From: Epiperipatus broadwayi
Lineage: Eukaryota; Animalia; Onychophora
DNA: 64,000 bases
Reading direction: 5' to 3'
NCBI GenBank assembly: GCA_028023455.1
Contig: JAQFVV010000007.1
Coordinates: 2,914,001 to 2,978,000, forward strand
Below, piece after piece: positions 25,851 through 40,134 of the stretch. Numbering within the stretch: position 1 is the first letter of the stretch; every line of letters begins with the position of its first letter. Both the position numbers and the translations under genes were made by a program. A model generated the notes under the pieces. That model saw only the letters and a program-made list of their open reading frames with translations, was not told the origin of the DNA and ran no database searches.

Positions 25851-28800
25851 GTAGCCATTGCTAACCTTGAAGCTTCCCAGAATCAGTTAATAAATGAACT
25901 CTATAGCATGCATAAAGAACTATTGATGTGCATGTTTTTAAATGCCATGTATTATTTAATGCTTTTGTTATATTATATTCTAGTGTATGAATTCAGAGTG
26001 TGTGTGTTGTCATTATATAAAACACCATTGTTTATGTTAGGAAGATTTAAAAAAGTAGTTAAAATTAGAATAATAAATGTTTAGGTAAAATAAATTATCA
26101 TTTAAACTTAATGCTTGTCGATCAATTCTTTTACCACTAAATAAAATAACAGTATATTATCCTTTTGATTGAGCTAGTTGGGATATCTTAGATGCTGAAT
26201 TAGTTTGCCAGTCATTCAAAGTGCATCATTTATCTTTGGATAATTGACTGGCACTCGGGGTTTACTCCGAAACAAGAAGTGCTTTGAATGATAGGTTGAA
26301 TTCTGCAGCCGAGATCTATGTCCTTCAAACATGGTCAGTTATACATATAGCTCTGGCCTGGTCACAGGTGCCCCATGGGCATTATTCTTCTCTGCCTAAG
26401 GGGCCATGGTGGCATAATATTTAAATTGCATTGGTGTAGATCAAATATATGTTATAGTTGTATCATATTTTTGTATATAAAAGTCTTATAATTTTGCTTT
26501 CACAAGTATTTTATTTAAAAAGATAAAATGCATGTTAGATGTTTACTACATCGATCTGATTAACACACACACCTCCAAATAATTAATTGTAACTTTTACT
26601 GATAACTCTTTAAACCTTTATAGATCACTTTCCTTTAGCGAACTACATTTTGTTTAAACTAACAATAATAAAAAAAACTCTTTAGATTTTTTTTATTTCA
26701 AACAAAATGTTTTTCTTTGTTTATAATTCAATTATTTACGGACAACTTATTGATTTTATTATTCATTATCAATTTTAAACTTTACATTGTTTTTGAAATT
26801 ATTTCAAAAATTTTTAGACAAAAATTATTATATGTACAGCTAAGATATCGGTGCAATATATATAAATAAATTGTAATTTCTCATTTTTCTAGTATTTGTC
26901 TTTAATTGCAATCAATAATGGTAATTAAAATGTCTTTTGTATCTAACCGAGTTTAGTGGGATATAAAAAGTTTATATCAGAATGTGGAGCTGCATGCCAA
27001 TTACCTTGGGCAATTTTCATGTTAGCTGTGCATTTTTGACCATTACAATATTTTCACTGCAAATAAAATTATGATTTTATTACTATGTTGTCAAATCTAT
27101 TTAGGTCTGCCACTATGCTTGTTTAATGTTATTCTACCTCCTAAGCAACTGATCGTAAGATTATTTAATTCCATGATTGACTTTAATATGTTAACAATTA
27201 ATGTTTTTCCACATATCAAAGATACGTCTTCTTATAGTTTCATTATAAATTCACTCCATATATATATACTTTTTTCATAGTTGCTATTTTAAAGATTATC
27301 ATTACTTTGTCCCACTGCAGTTTTTTTTCACACATCTTCAGAAAATCCAAAATGCTTTGAAAAATTTAGAATATTCAATTTTAGAATTGTTTCTGATTTT
27401 TTATTTTCAGTGTGCCTACTAATTTTTTTGTTTTAATTTAAATTTATTGTATTCAACTGTTATATTTCTAATTTGAAATTCTGTTGAATGGATTTTCATA
27501 TTTATATTAACATGGTGCTCTTACTTTTTTCTCTTGATTCCAATATTTATGATCGCAAACAATGGAATTTAGTCGAAACGACAACTTTTCATAAATGATA
27601 GTTTTAATTCAAATATTATGTATAAAAATAAATAAATAATAAGAAAAAGAGGAACAGGGGGAGTGACTTGTCAAACTTAATACTGAAAATTATTAAGTGG
27701 TATCATTTGATAGTGTAACTCTATTGCCTAAATCCTATAAACAGATTTTTAATAGAATGGAAATAAACAGTTTTCAATGAAAATCACTAGAACAATCTCT
27801 ATGCTATTTCCTTTCACTCTCTTAAACATTTATAGGAACATGTCTTTAATTTTATTATACTATATTATCAAAATTTGGTTATTTAACAAAACTTTTAAGC
27901 CACATTATTAAATTTATTTTAATGGCCATAGATTTATTAATTAGTTTGGATCATCTTCATTCAAATTTTATCATTTTATATTTTATTAAAGATTTGAAAA
28001 AATATTTGTCAGACGAAATCCACAAGTTTGTCTTTACATATACGAGGGCATATTTTCATTAGAATGCAAAGAAAAGAACAATAACAGATTACCTAAATAT
28101 ATATATAGTGAACTTGGGCAAGGTTTTTATTGAAAACACACGATGTTTATATTATAAAGATTTATTTCAAAAGATTATATAACTGAGAATGAATGCTTTG
28201 AAAAACTTATTAAATCTTTCAGAAAAAAAAAATTGCAGACCAAGATATTAAGAATTACCAGCATTTATTGTATTTTAACTCATCTTTATTATTCTTTTGT
28301 GTAAGTAAAATGGCTATACTCATCAATGAGTGTTATCTTTTTAGTGTGACTTGCATAGCATAAATTAGAAAACAATTATCATCATAATAAAAACAAACGA
28401 TAAATATAATATAAAAACTTTATTATAAATGCATTTTTTTCTTCCTTTCTTGTTTTTTTTCTTTCACAGCTAGAAAGAGTAAACATCTCACTAGTATAAG
28501 GGATAGTGGGAGCTCATTTAAAAAAACAAAAAAAAAAAACAAAACAACAACAACACTTTAATAAAAGTAATAAACTGATTTGTCAAAATAAGCCTCAACA
28601 GTTTTTATATAAAGGCACTTGGCCTCAATATAATTGACACATCTTAAGTCAAATGTCGCCTAAAATCTATTCAGGTCCTCTAATATTTCATTCATAATGT
28701 GTCTTAGTTAATAAAAATTAAAAAATAATATAAACCAGCCTATACTACAGGCTTGAAAAATAAATAACTAGAATTTTTAAAATGATTTTTGTTATTAGAA

Positions 28801-29872
28801 AATTTCCCATTTCTTTTATAATAAATCTATTTTTTTTATTACCCATTATTAGAATTATTTAAATTAAGATATATATATATTTTTATGGTACATAAATCAT
28901 TGCAAAATGTATGAACTTTTCAAAAATGTGAAGTGGTAGTTTAACAAACATCTGAAATATATACACAATGATATACATATATATAAACAAACTCAAAAAT
29001 ATATATACACAAAAATCTTGATCCAGATGTAATAAATATTACCTTATAAAAAAAATAATTACATAATAAATAACAATGGAAAGGATTAGCAAGGAGGAGT
29101 GCAAGCGGAAGAGGGTGTGGTGTCACACAATCGCAAGGCCATATGACCTAACCCTTACTAAAATAGATTCCTATCTGCATTTTAATACAAACTGGAATAA
29201 AGATGTTTCTTACAATTTCTAATGAATTGATTTAAATGAGTAACGAAGCATTGTGTTAACATAATCTAAAATACTCATCTTAAAAATTCACAACTCGGAA
29301 ATGAATAACGGCAGCAATTAATTAAACAGCTGCAAATACCAGGTAATATACCTCCTCTAATGACAGGATTAAACTTGCATAGCCAGAATAGGCCAACTAC
29401 TATACAATGCTATAAAATCTAAATAAATCTTTCAAATAACAATTATAATACTAAGTAGAATAAATAACTTGAACTAATTCTTGCTTTAGTATCAATTTTT
29501 AATCTCAAACTTCTCACTTTGCACATGTTTGCAGCAAGATCAAAGAAACTCCTAAACAATTAAAAAAACAAACAAAGCAAGATTCAGTCAAGTCAAACTA
29601 TTTGGTCCTCCTTGCTGCCACAGATGATATCATTAGCAGAAATTACATATAGAAAAGAGATCAATCATATGGGACAATTTTATATATAAATTTTACAAAA
29701 GTGTAGGCCTGTGCCCAAAGCTCACTTCAATGAGTTCTCTGATCTTGCTGCTGCACATGGTTAAAGATGAAGTGAAACCCAAAATGAAATGACGCTTCAG
29801 GCAACAGGGGTCCAGAGATTTTTTTTCTTGTTCTTTTTAATTTGTTCCTACTGGCTTCTTAGAAGTACAAAA

Positions 29873-30042
29873 TCACTTCTTTATTCTTTTTTGAGTCTGT
29901 AAATATGATTCTGAAGCTGCCAGCAATCGATAACGTTGTCGCAAATTTTTGGCTCGAACATGTGAACTTAATATTTCTACAGTGTGATTTGCAGGAAACC
30001 AGCCTTTTTCACCATCACGAATTCTTTCTCCTTCATACCAAC
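29873..30042 (-). CDS. Exn: Terminal coding exon of Ephexin (DH-PH-SH3 RhoGEF), SH3 C-terminal half and tail
   Basis: (G)WYEGERIRDGEKGWFPANHTVEILSSHVRAKNLRQRYRLLAASESYLQTQKRIKK* matches the conserved Ephexin/SGEF C-terminus as I recall it. Preceded by acceptor ttttgtttattttag|GT (phase 1). TGA at 29873-29875. Confidence 0.9.
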
Positions 30043-30443
30043 CTAAAATAAACAAAACACGTTTTTTAAATCATGGATAATAATAATTTGTTAGTTTATG
30101 ATGATGAAAAATATACATGTTCAAAAATGGCCAATAAAACTCTCAATAATATTTAATCTTGTTATTATCAACACTGTTAATATCATCCCCATACTAATAA
30201 CTGATGTATGAACTATATAAATTTGAGAATTATCTTATAAGATGCTTAGTGAAACTCACAAGAGATTGTATTATAAACACTTGAACATTAAGATGTAATT
30301 TTTTTTTGGCTGCAAACCATCTTAGCAAGTCCTGATTTTTGATCACAATTGTGATGACTGAATTAAAATAATGAAATCCTAACACCTTTAAAATACTATT
30401 TTAAAGAAATCATTCAGTAGTTTTGAATACTAATGCTGTAGTT

Positions 30444-33221
30444 CAATGATGGTGAACCTATGTTCACATTTGAATTTTTTACTGGCATGCAAACCATTTA
30501 CATATGATAATTTTCTATGCTTTAAATTATTCAATATTTTTTTTTGTTGCTAAAATCTGTACTAATAAAAATTCACTGTAAACTAAAGGTAAAATAAATA
30601 AATATATTAGAATTCAATTTACAATTGAACTCTGATTAGAAGCAATAAATTATAAAATTTGAAGAAAAAAAAATACCTATATAGATGGGAATGATATTTT
30701 AAGTCAAATGAAGGGGCATCATATTCTATAAACCTGTCAAATGATTTCAATCAAACAAGAAAGTAAACTCAGTAAAATATTTTATAATTTTTTGAAGTAA
30801 ATTTTTTCAAATCTAAAGTAAAAGTAATAAAATGGTTTTCTGTCATAATCTTTTTTGATCTAAACATGTTGACACCATTCATTTTTTTAAGGTAATCAAA
30901 ATCGAAAGCCATCAAATGATTTTTTTTTTTTGCTAGAAGTTTTGGTGTAAAAGAGAAATGTAAGGATAATATATTTTAAAATATAATAAATCTTTTGATT
31001 TATAAAATTATTAAAGCTCATTTAAATTTACTTTTAAATAAATTTGTTACCATTATATTAATATGAATAGTGAAAATAAAAAAACAAAAATTGTCAAGCA
31101 GTAAAGAATTTAACAAATTGGTGAACTGATGTGTATGGAATGATTAACAAAAGCACCAAGGCAGTATGTGTTTTATGTTCTGGATAGTTGTATTGAGACC
31201 AATCATAAATCTCTCTAAGAAAAAAATAAAGATGCACAAAAAGAATATATTGCCCAAACATTTAAAAATATAAATATTTGATCAACATCTATAATGAAAT
31301 TTATTGAAAATCGTTTAAATAAAACTGCATCTAGATTTTTTATTTCAAATGTAATTCCCAAACATGGAAAACCTTTTAATAATGGAGAACATATGAAAAA
31401 AGCTTAGATGAAATGTCCACCAGTTCTCTTTGAAGATTTTAAAAACAAAGCAAAAATTATTCAGAAAATAAAAGATTTACCATTGACTAGAAATACAATT
31501 AAAGAAAGAATCCTGCAAATGGCTAACAACAAAATTTACAAAAAAAAAAAAGAGATATAAAATCTTCTAGTTCAATTTCTCTCTGCCTTAATGAAAGTAC
31601 ATATTTAAATGGATCAGGTTGTGTTGAGAATAATATCAAAAAAGAATAGATCAGTTTAACCTCATTAGTAACAACAACAAAAGGGATAGATATTTGCAGT
31701 GAAGTTTCAAATGTACTCACTGAAAAAAAATAGATGTGGCCAAAATTGTATCAGTAACTACAGATGGTGCTCAAAATATGACTGGAAAAGAAAAGTTTTC
31801 TCAGTTTATTTACCATCCATATTGGACATTCAATTTTGAGTTTTCATTGCATTATACATCAGCAGGTTTTATGCATGAAGGCCAGCTTTAAGCCACTGAA
31901 TGATGTTATGAATGTTGTAACTAAGTTAGTCAATTTTATATCTACACAAGCTCTAAATAAACTACAATTTTTGAATTTATTGAATGAGATGATTTCAGAT
32001 TACAATGGTTTATTTATGTACAACAATGTCCAATGGTTAAGTTGAAGAAAAGTTCTTCAAAGATTCATTGAGTGTTTAGATGGAATTAGACTGTTTTTAC
32101 ATAATGAGAAAATCATTGAAAAATATTAACGAATGTCAAATGGCTTTTGCCATTAAGGTTTTTTTTACTGATATGTGTTCACATATAAATGAATTAAATG
32201 TGAAACTGCAAAGTTATTATAAGTCAATTGTTGTCATGTTTGATTTTATCAAAGCATTTGAAGTTAAACTACAAATTTTCAATCGTGATATTATTTCTTA
32301 CACCTTCAAATATTTTCCAAATATAAAAAAGTTCTTGACTGATTTAGAATCTCATGAGCAGTCAGATCAGATAAAAATGATGCAAGAGTTTTGTGCTGTT
32401 ATTTAATCAATAACTGATGAATTTTCTTTAAGATTTACACAATTCAGACAATTTTCAAAAACATCAAAATTTATTTTATACCCAGTCATATCAATGGATA
32501 GTCAGAAGTTAGAAATTTTTGAGTTGCATAATTTCAAAGATATGGAAATGCAATCAGTCAATTTTCAATCCAGTTCTATATGAAAACAGAAATTTGGTGA
32601 TTTGAGGAATGAGTTAGAAACAATTGAAAATGATCGGTTATTGGGCATATGTAAAAAGAATGCTGAAAAGGAACTACTGACTGCCTAAAATGTTATTCCT
32701 GAAACACTTAATTGTTTAAAAACAATTAGCAGCCACTATATTATCAATTTTCTCCACTACATATGTATTGTTTTCAGAAATGAATTTAATTAAAGATAGT
32801 CCAAGAAAAAGAATGACAGATGAATCTAGTTCAGCATGTATATTATTAAAAGTGACAAAATATGAACCAGATATATAAAACATTTGGCATCCAATGTACA
32901 ATAGCAAAAGTCTCATTAAATAATATCTATTTATATTGATTTTATATGTCTATTTCCAAAATTTTGTTTTAATTACTATTAATTTTTGACTGTTACATTT
33001 TATTCAACTTGTGCTCTTCTAAATAAATAGCATTCATTTGTATATAGCTTATTTAGAAATTTTGTTTAATTATTATTATTTTGTTTTATAAACCTTTTAA
33101 AAAACTGCAATAATTAAGTTGTTTATATTTTGATATAATAACTTTATGGCACACCAATCACACAATAAATATTTTTTTGAAAATTTTTGGCATGCACATG
33201 TAAAAAGATTCACCACCACTG
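30444..33221 (+). mobile_element. Full-length decayed hAT (Buster-type) DNA transposon, 2778 bp
   Basis: TIRs caatgatggtgaacct / agattcaccaccactg. 8 bp TSD ctgtagtt (30436-30443, 33222-33229) of the nnnTAnnn type. Transposase motifs VTTDGAQNMTG and FHCIIHQQVLC, broken by stops and frameshifts (~31060-32905). Confidence 0.93.
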
Positions 33222-35861
33222 CTGTAGTTAATAAATGATCAGCACTTGAGCAAACAGGTCCAACATATTCTTTTAGTGCTATCTTCTTCTGATTCTATCT
33301 GTTAAAAAAAATCCCATTGAGATTTTCCATTTTTGTGCCATGTACAATGTGAATATGATGGATGAACAATGTTCAATTCACTTCTTTATATATTTATAAA
33401 TGCATGTTTAATAAAATAAAAAATACCAATATTTTGACAAGATCCTCAACTGGATAAAACCTTAATCATGGGTTGTTGCAGAGATAATTATATCATGTGG
33501 TTGATAATCAGTTTGGCTTAAATTTGAATGATTAAAACCCTTCCATTTAGGAGGTCATTTTATTATTTTGTCTTATTTGTTCATGATCAGCAACAATGTA
33601 ATATAATTATTTCACACAGTTGAGAACAAGTGTTATCATAAGAAAACAGTATTTTATTAAACATAGTTGCTCTCAAAAATTCTATATAAATATGGATACT
33701 GCTTAAAAAACACATGAAGCTATTTTTCATGAAAAAAAAGTCTCTAAGAATTTTTCAATCTCTTGCTTATTAGAAATGATCACCAGAGGCTACTAAATAT
33801 TTAAATCAAGTCATGAGAAAAGCCATGAGATATTGTTTTCATGGTGTTTGTAGAGTTTATCATCTTAGAAGATGAGAAGATTAACTAGAAAAAATGTTTA
33901 TACTAATGAACTCTTCTACAATATACAAATAGTTTGCAGCAACATAACTTCCATTATAATTACATATATATGTTAGACTATAATTTCTGCAAAAGTTCAG
34001 GCATTTCAAACCTCTAGCTTATGTGATAAATGAAGATTGTTCAATGACATATACATACCAAAAAAGATCAATCTGAATATTTTTACACAGTTTATGACAT
34101 GATTGTAATGCTCTAGATCTGAGACTTGAATGTTAACATACATATAAATTCAAGTTTTAAATATTGAAATATAACAGACTCATGAAGCAAAAGAGATTTC
34201 ACGTGCTTATTCATTATTAAAAGTAAATTTTTTTATATATATTAAAATTTTATTACTAAATTGCTAAAAAATATTCACCAATGTTTTATTTTAATTTACT
34301 TGTATTTTCAATGATTTAAATTTTATATTAGTTTCATTTTAGAAAAACTGTTTTACGCATCATTTCAATTTTTGGAAAGCACCTTTAACTCCTAAAATAT
34401 AAAAGTACAATGGAGTCACAATATCTGCAATATTTTATTCTAAGCCCAAGTCACATACATTGTTATAATAGCTCTTATTTTGTGAATAAAATTTGATTAG
34501 AATACATATTGTTTATTGAACTGCAAGTGCATAATACTTTTCAACATGCACTTATATATAACAGATATTTTTATATGTATAGAATGCATACATACATTAA
34601 GATTATAGTATAAATAAAATTAAAAAAAAATCAGTTATTAATAATAACTTGAGAAAACATATTTATATATATTTTAATCATTCATTCACTGAAAAAAAAG
34701 AAAAAAATTTACAGTAGCATATTTTTATATTTTAAACAAAACAAATGACAAAATGCACTCTGGATATTCTTTTTTTTTCCCAACCATGTTTTTCTCCTAC
34801 AGAAACATAATAGTAGCCTTGTTATTAAGAAACTATAATCTCTCTAATTGTTTTAATGTTTTTAAGTCAGTATCATCTTAGTAAATCTTTTAGCATTATG
34901 CTTAAAACATTTTGTCATGTGAAATAATGTTCGTCAAATCCAGAAAGAATAATAAAGAAAGACTAAAATCATTGGGCTTTCAACATAAACTAAAAATTTT
35001 TTATTAACAAACATGGTCATATATGACACTCCAAAACATAAAATAGCATTTATTTATAAACATGCAGCACCCAGAGATGAAAAAATAGCTTTATATATTA
35101 TAAAATGCATAAAATTTATGGTTTTAGACAGTTTCTTTTGTTTATTTACATGCCTTTTTGGGATAGTGTATAATTGAAGCCATATATATTGATGCAGTGA
35201 AGTTCACAGATTTACTGTGCAATGTTTCTCCAAAATGATTTTGTCATTATTTATAAACAATATAATAAATGGAACACTTTTATAAATATTTGCGCATACT
35301 TCATATTTCAAAATGTCATAGCAATAATTTGATTGCATTCTTATTTTGATTTGTTTTATATGCTCATGTGCTTAATTCTCTGACTTGATTTTCCAAATCA
35401 CACTTTATCCCAATTAATTCACAGAATCTGTTATAATTATCTAAAAATTGATTTAATATTGGATGTAAATCACAAACTATACATGTATGTTGTAATTAAA
35501 ACAATGGTGTACCATGAGGAATCTCAGCACCAAGTGGAATTCTTTGCTTTTCTTAGAAATGTAAATTTTTTATTTATCTAACACATTTTTTTTAAAAATT
35601 TTTTTATGTATTTTTGATTTTAACATTGGATAGCAATCAAGAAACAATAAGTAATATTAAAACACCACAGAAATAAAACTATTTTTAAAACAAATCAATT
35701 AATTAATAGAAGTATGTCAAAAACTTGAAAACCCATGCTAGATAAAACAAAAATGAGTATGATTTATTTTAAATAAATCTTTGTTCCTAAATAGATAAAA
35801 ACCTATTATCAAAAGAAAGAAAATGTTAAAAATTCAGTACAAAAATAATTCTTGTTGTCTT

Positions 35862-35952
35862 GTATTGGTGGTCGAGAGGTCAGCGCGACTGCCTTGCTGC
35901 GGGTTCGCGTCCCGGCCGATGCTATGACACTTAAAATAATAATAATAATAAT
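35862..35952 (+). mobile_element. Short tRNA-derived SINE-like insert with (AAT)n tail
   Basis: A-box-like tggtcgagagg, B-box-like ggttcgcgtcc, shortened anticodon region, many CpGs retained, followed by (aat)n. Confidence 0.65.
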
Positions 35953-35959
35953 GCTTGTT

Positions 35960-36260
35960 TCAAGACTTGGGTGGATAACAACTGACATAAAATAAATGTT
36001 ATTAAATTTTATTCTATGCACACATTCAAATTGACTTTTCTTAAATTCCTGATAAGTTAAATTGGGGCAAAAATTCCGAGAATTAAAGTCACCTATATTG
36101 TCCAATTCCAAATTTATAAAATTGAAACCTACCCCTTTTATATATAAATAAAAGAATAACTCTGAGATGGGAAAGAAAAAATCAGCTTTCCCAGCTACAT
36201 TTTTGCTTTGGCTAAGCACTTGGCATTCCAAATACATGACAATATGAAGCATCTTATATT
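35960..36260 (-). mobile_element. LINE AP-endonuclease remnant
   Basis: IGDFNSR motif (GDFN) within ORF 35809-36252. Confidence 0.4.
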
Positions 36261-39200
36261 TTCTTATGAAGTCAAGGACTTGGGGGGGGGGGGCAGCAAA
36301 AGGAAATATATCTTTTTAAAAAGAAATCAAAACTTTGAATAATTTGAAAGTTTTTCAGAAAATATCCCTATTATAATTTAGAATCAAATAATCTTTTAAT
36401 ATTAATTGAAATCAAACATTCATGACAACCATAACTTAGCTTAATTGTTTCATGAAATAAGTTAAATGCAAAAAAAAAAAAAAAATCCAAGTATTTAAAG
36501 ATTGTCAAAAATTATATATAAAAACCATTAACTTTTTAATCATTAATTTATGCATATAGATTTTTTTTTGTTGAAAAAATAGACATTAAAAAAAAATAAC
36601 AGTAAGAAATACAATTAAACTAGTTCAGGAATGATACCAAGCAATAATGAAGTGAATTTATAAAATAGCATATACATTTCATATAAAGTTGAATTATCTT
36701 TAAGGCTTATTTGCTATAACAAATCACATTAATGATTTCTGCATCATCTAAATGACTGCAAAAATCATTTTCGATAGATACTTTTTGTCATTGAACAGAC
36801 AAACAGAACAGAATGGCTCATAAAATGAACAAAATCTTTTTTTGATTGAAATGTTTTAATATCTGATAAATCTATCAAATTCTACTTTAAAATATTAAAA
36901 CTGATTTCTAATTATTTAAAGTATCTCAAATTACTATCTGAATAGTGTCTGCAACAATGTAATTAGCTATAATTTTCATACGGTGGTGTGGTCAGAATGC
37001 TGTGATTTTCTTTGCTAATGTTACACTACAAGTTATTATTTTCTATTCTTAAAAATAAAATATATAGGCATAAAATAAGATACATAATGTACACTTTTGA
37101 TTTTTAATAATCATTACACAAACATTGTGTAATCATAATCATGAAACTTGGCAAAAAATAACATTTTTAGTTATTCTTGAAAGAACCTTGCAAATAGTGA
37201 GGACATCAATTATAAATGAATAAATCAATCAAAGAGGAAATGGCAGTGCTAAACTCTTTTTATTTTTCTGCTGTTTAATTATACTGGCCTCTTTCAATTT
37301 TTTATTTATTTTAAAAATAGCGAAATATCTCAATAGATGGCTGTACACATTTTAAAAATAAGATTAGTATGTTTTTTCTGGATTTATCTGACCTAATTTT
37401 GGGCTGATGTTCTGTATAGGTAATTATAGCCTTAACAACATGTATACATGTTGATTACCAAAACATTTTGGGAATTAAATTACTTACTTTATGTGGGAAC
37501 TTGGTCTGACAAAATTTTGAACAACTGAAAAATTAAACATGCTCTAAAAATATATGTAAATTAAAAATACAAATATAATGCTTTTGAAATGGAGAAAGAT
37601 TTGGAAAAAATTGACTATTTGTGAGTTCATCTAGTTCAGAAATCATTAAGAGCATAATGCTGATGTCAGATTTAAGCCTATCAATGTAAGAATTTTTCAA
37701 TGTCCCTGTAATCCAAATGAAGGCGTAGATTCAAATCATAGTTTAATAATAAATACAAGTTGAATGCCATTTTCTAAAACCTTCTAATTTGAAACTTCTA
37801 ATTTTTGAACATAATTATATCAGCTATCATGGTATAGCATAAAATATCCACAAAGACTACAATTTTTATAATGCTCTCATTTATAAAAAGTTAAACTGTT
37901 AAAAAAATCCAGTCAATAACATGCTTATCCAAAAACTATATGAATACCTGTACTATGTATTGACTACTCAGTGTATACAACAATACATCCAAGATGAAAC
38001 TTTGCAATTCTATGCTAAACATTTATTTTCAAAACAAATGGCAACAGAAAAATGAAACAATAATCATCTTCTAATACATAGCCAATTTATTTCTGTTATT
38101 AAGACATAACACAATTTCGATAGGATCTCATTTATGAAGAAGTTGTAGTATTAAAAAATCAGGTCAATTTATCTGTAACAATGTAAAAAATATAAAAACA
38201 ATAAGATTGCAATGTTAAAAACTTATAAATTTTCTCTGATCAGTTCCTTTAAGCTTCAAAGAGGAATCAAAGCCTGATTTCTATAATAGTAAATTCCTAT
38301 TTGTAGCCAATACATTGAGAAACTGTTTTTCATAATTATTCTTTTAATGTTAGAGATTTAATTTAAAAATTAGTGATATTCTGAGATATAAAAGATATTA
38401 GTTATAATCAAAGTTCATATGATGAAGCCACAATAAATGCTGTATGAACGTACATTACTTCAATTAAACACTTCAAAAAATATATATCAATAAAAAAAAA
38501 AATAACATTAGAATTTGTGAACTCAATAAATTTTACAACACAGAAACAGATATTTCTCAATCTAATAGCATCATACATGATTACATTTATTAATAATATT
38601 TTTTTAACTTACATCATATTTTTATCCAAATTTTATGTGTTTTCGCATAATAAAAAGTTTTCTAAATATAAAATAAAAAATCTTACAAAATTTAATAAAA
38701 TTCACAAAACATCTTTCTTAAGTCATAAAATAAAAATTATTGGCATACTGGCAGAAAAAAAGGGGGAAATCATTGTTTATATTGAATCAGATTTTCATTA
38801 AAACTCTTTATACACAACTAATTTAATGAAATAGTTATATCAATAAGATCTAACACTCTATCCCTTAACATACTAAATGCAATAGCAGCATAATGGTTTG
38901 TGTTGCACATCAGTATTCAAGCCTGCTTTTCTTACTAAAAAGCTATTAAGATATTTGATTTACATTCTTAAGATAATAACCATTCAAGCAAGTTGCTGAA
39001 GACTTGCTGATAAAGAACTTGAGTTTTATCAAACATTAAAAATTTTCTGTAGAACAACCACTGATTTTGTAAGAATAGCACATCAGATAATATAAATAAG
39101 CTAAAAAAAAAAAAAAAAAGAAAAGAAAATCTTAATTTGTATTATTAATTGGTTCAAATTTAAAATTCCATCATAAATAAACCTATATAACTTTTTGACA

Positions 39201-39536
39201 AAGTTACCCATAAATTGTTTTCAAGACCACTATCATAAAAATGAAAAACAAAAATGGAGCTAGAACATGTCCTTGTTTAATAATGGTTTTCATTTCAAAT
39301 GCCTCAGATGTTCCATTAGAAGTAACAATGCTTTCTTTTATTCCAGTATGGAGAGGTAAAAAATATCTTTATCCAGATCTAGATAAGTAAGCAGAATGGA
39401 TGGATGATAAAGTCAGTATCTGAAATCTAATTAAACAAGGCAAAACTCTCCATACAGTAGTGCCACCCTGTGCCAACCAGGGTAATCAATGGATGCCAGA
39501 AGGCTTGTTCATAAAATCCCTATCTAGTGCCTACTC

Positions 39537-39595
39537 ATCCAATATCCCCAGACCAGTTTCTGGCTTGTGGCCTTCATCAGTGAGGAACCTTGGAT
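39537..39595 (-). ncRNA. Type I hammerhead ribozyme (family 1, intact core)
   Basis: atccaa-ggtt-cctca-CTGATGA-a-ggc-cacaa-gcc-a-GAAAC-tg-GTC-tgggg-ata-ttggat. Stem I is 5 bp, an internal loop and 6 bp. Short stem III. GUC cleavage triplet. Confidence 0.8.
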
Positions 39596-40075
39596 CTGAG
39601 AGCACGGCATCTAGATCTTAGGATCTAATGCAACCCTCCAGCAGCCACCTTTTATCTCTATTTAACTACAAAACTATGAGAATGAAATTGAAAACACAAT
39701 ATTTTCAATCTAAGCTCAATAGCTTATATAATCATATGGGTCTGATTTCAGTTCCGCACCCATACATTTTGGTGTCTTTGGCTCTTTAACAACCATAGCC
39801 ACCATTATCCTATTAGGCAGGATTGGTGTTTAACTACTAAAAATCACATGCCTAATAGGATAGTGGTGGCTATGACTGTTAAAGAACCAAAGACACCAAA
39901 ATGTATAGGTGCTGAACTCAGTTCAGACCCATATGACTATATAAGCTGTTGAGCTTAGATTGAAAATATTATTGTGTTTTCAATTTCATTCTCATAGTTT
40001 TGTAGTTAAGTAGAGATAAAAGGTGGCTGCTGGAGGGTTGCATTAGATCCTAAGATCTAGGTGCAGTGCTCTCAG

Positions 40076-40134
40076 ATCCAAGGCTCATCACTGATAAAGA
40101 CCACAAGCCAGAAACTAGTCTGGGAATATTGGAT
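40076..40134 (+). ncRNA. Family 1 hammerhead, mutated copy (CTGATAA core)
   Basis: atccaaggctcatcaCTGATAAagaccacaagccaGAAACTAGTCtgggaatattggat. Confidence 0.65.

Noticed and set aside
27540-27590. ttagtcgaaacgac as a hammerhead 3' half
   Set aside because: No recognisable CUGANGA core and stem II pairs poorly. At most a heavily decayed relic.
37488-37524. 37 nt minus-strand micro-exon candidate (ttttcag...gtaagta)
   Set aside because: Splice-like signals are present, but no frame resembles Ephexin and such matches are common in AT-rich DNA.
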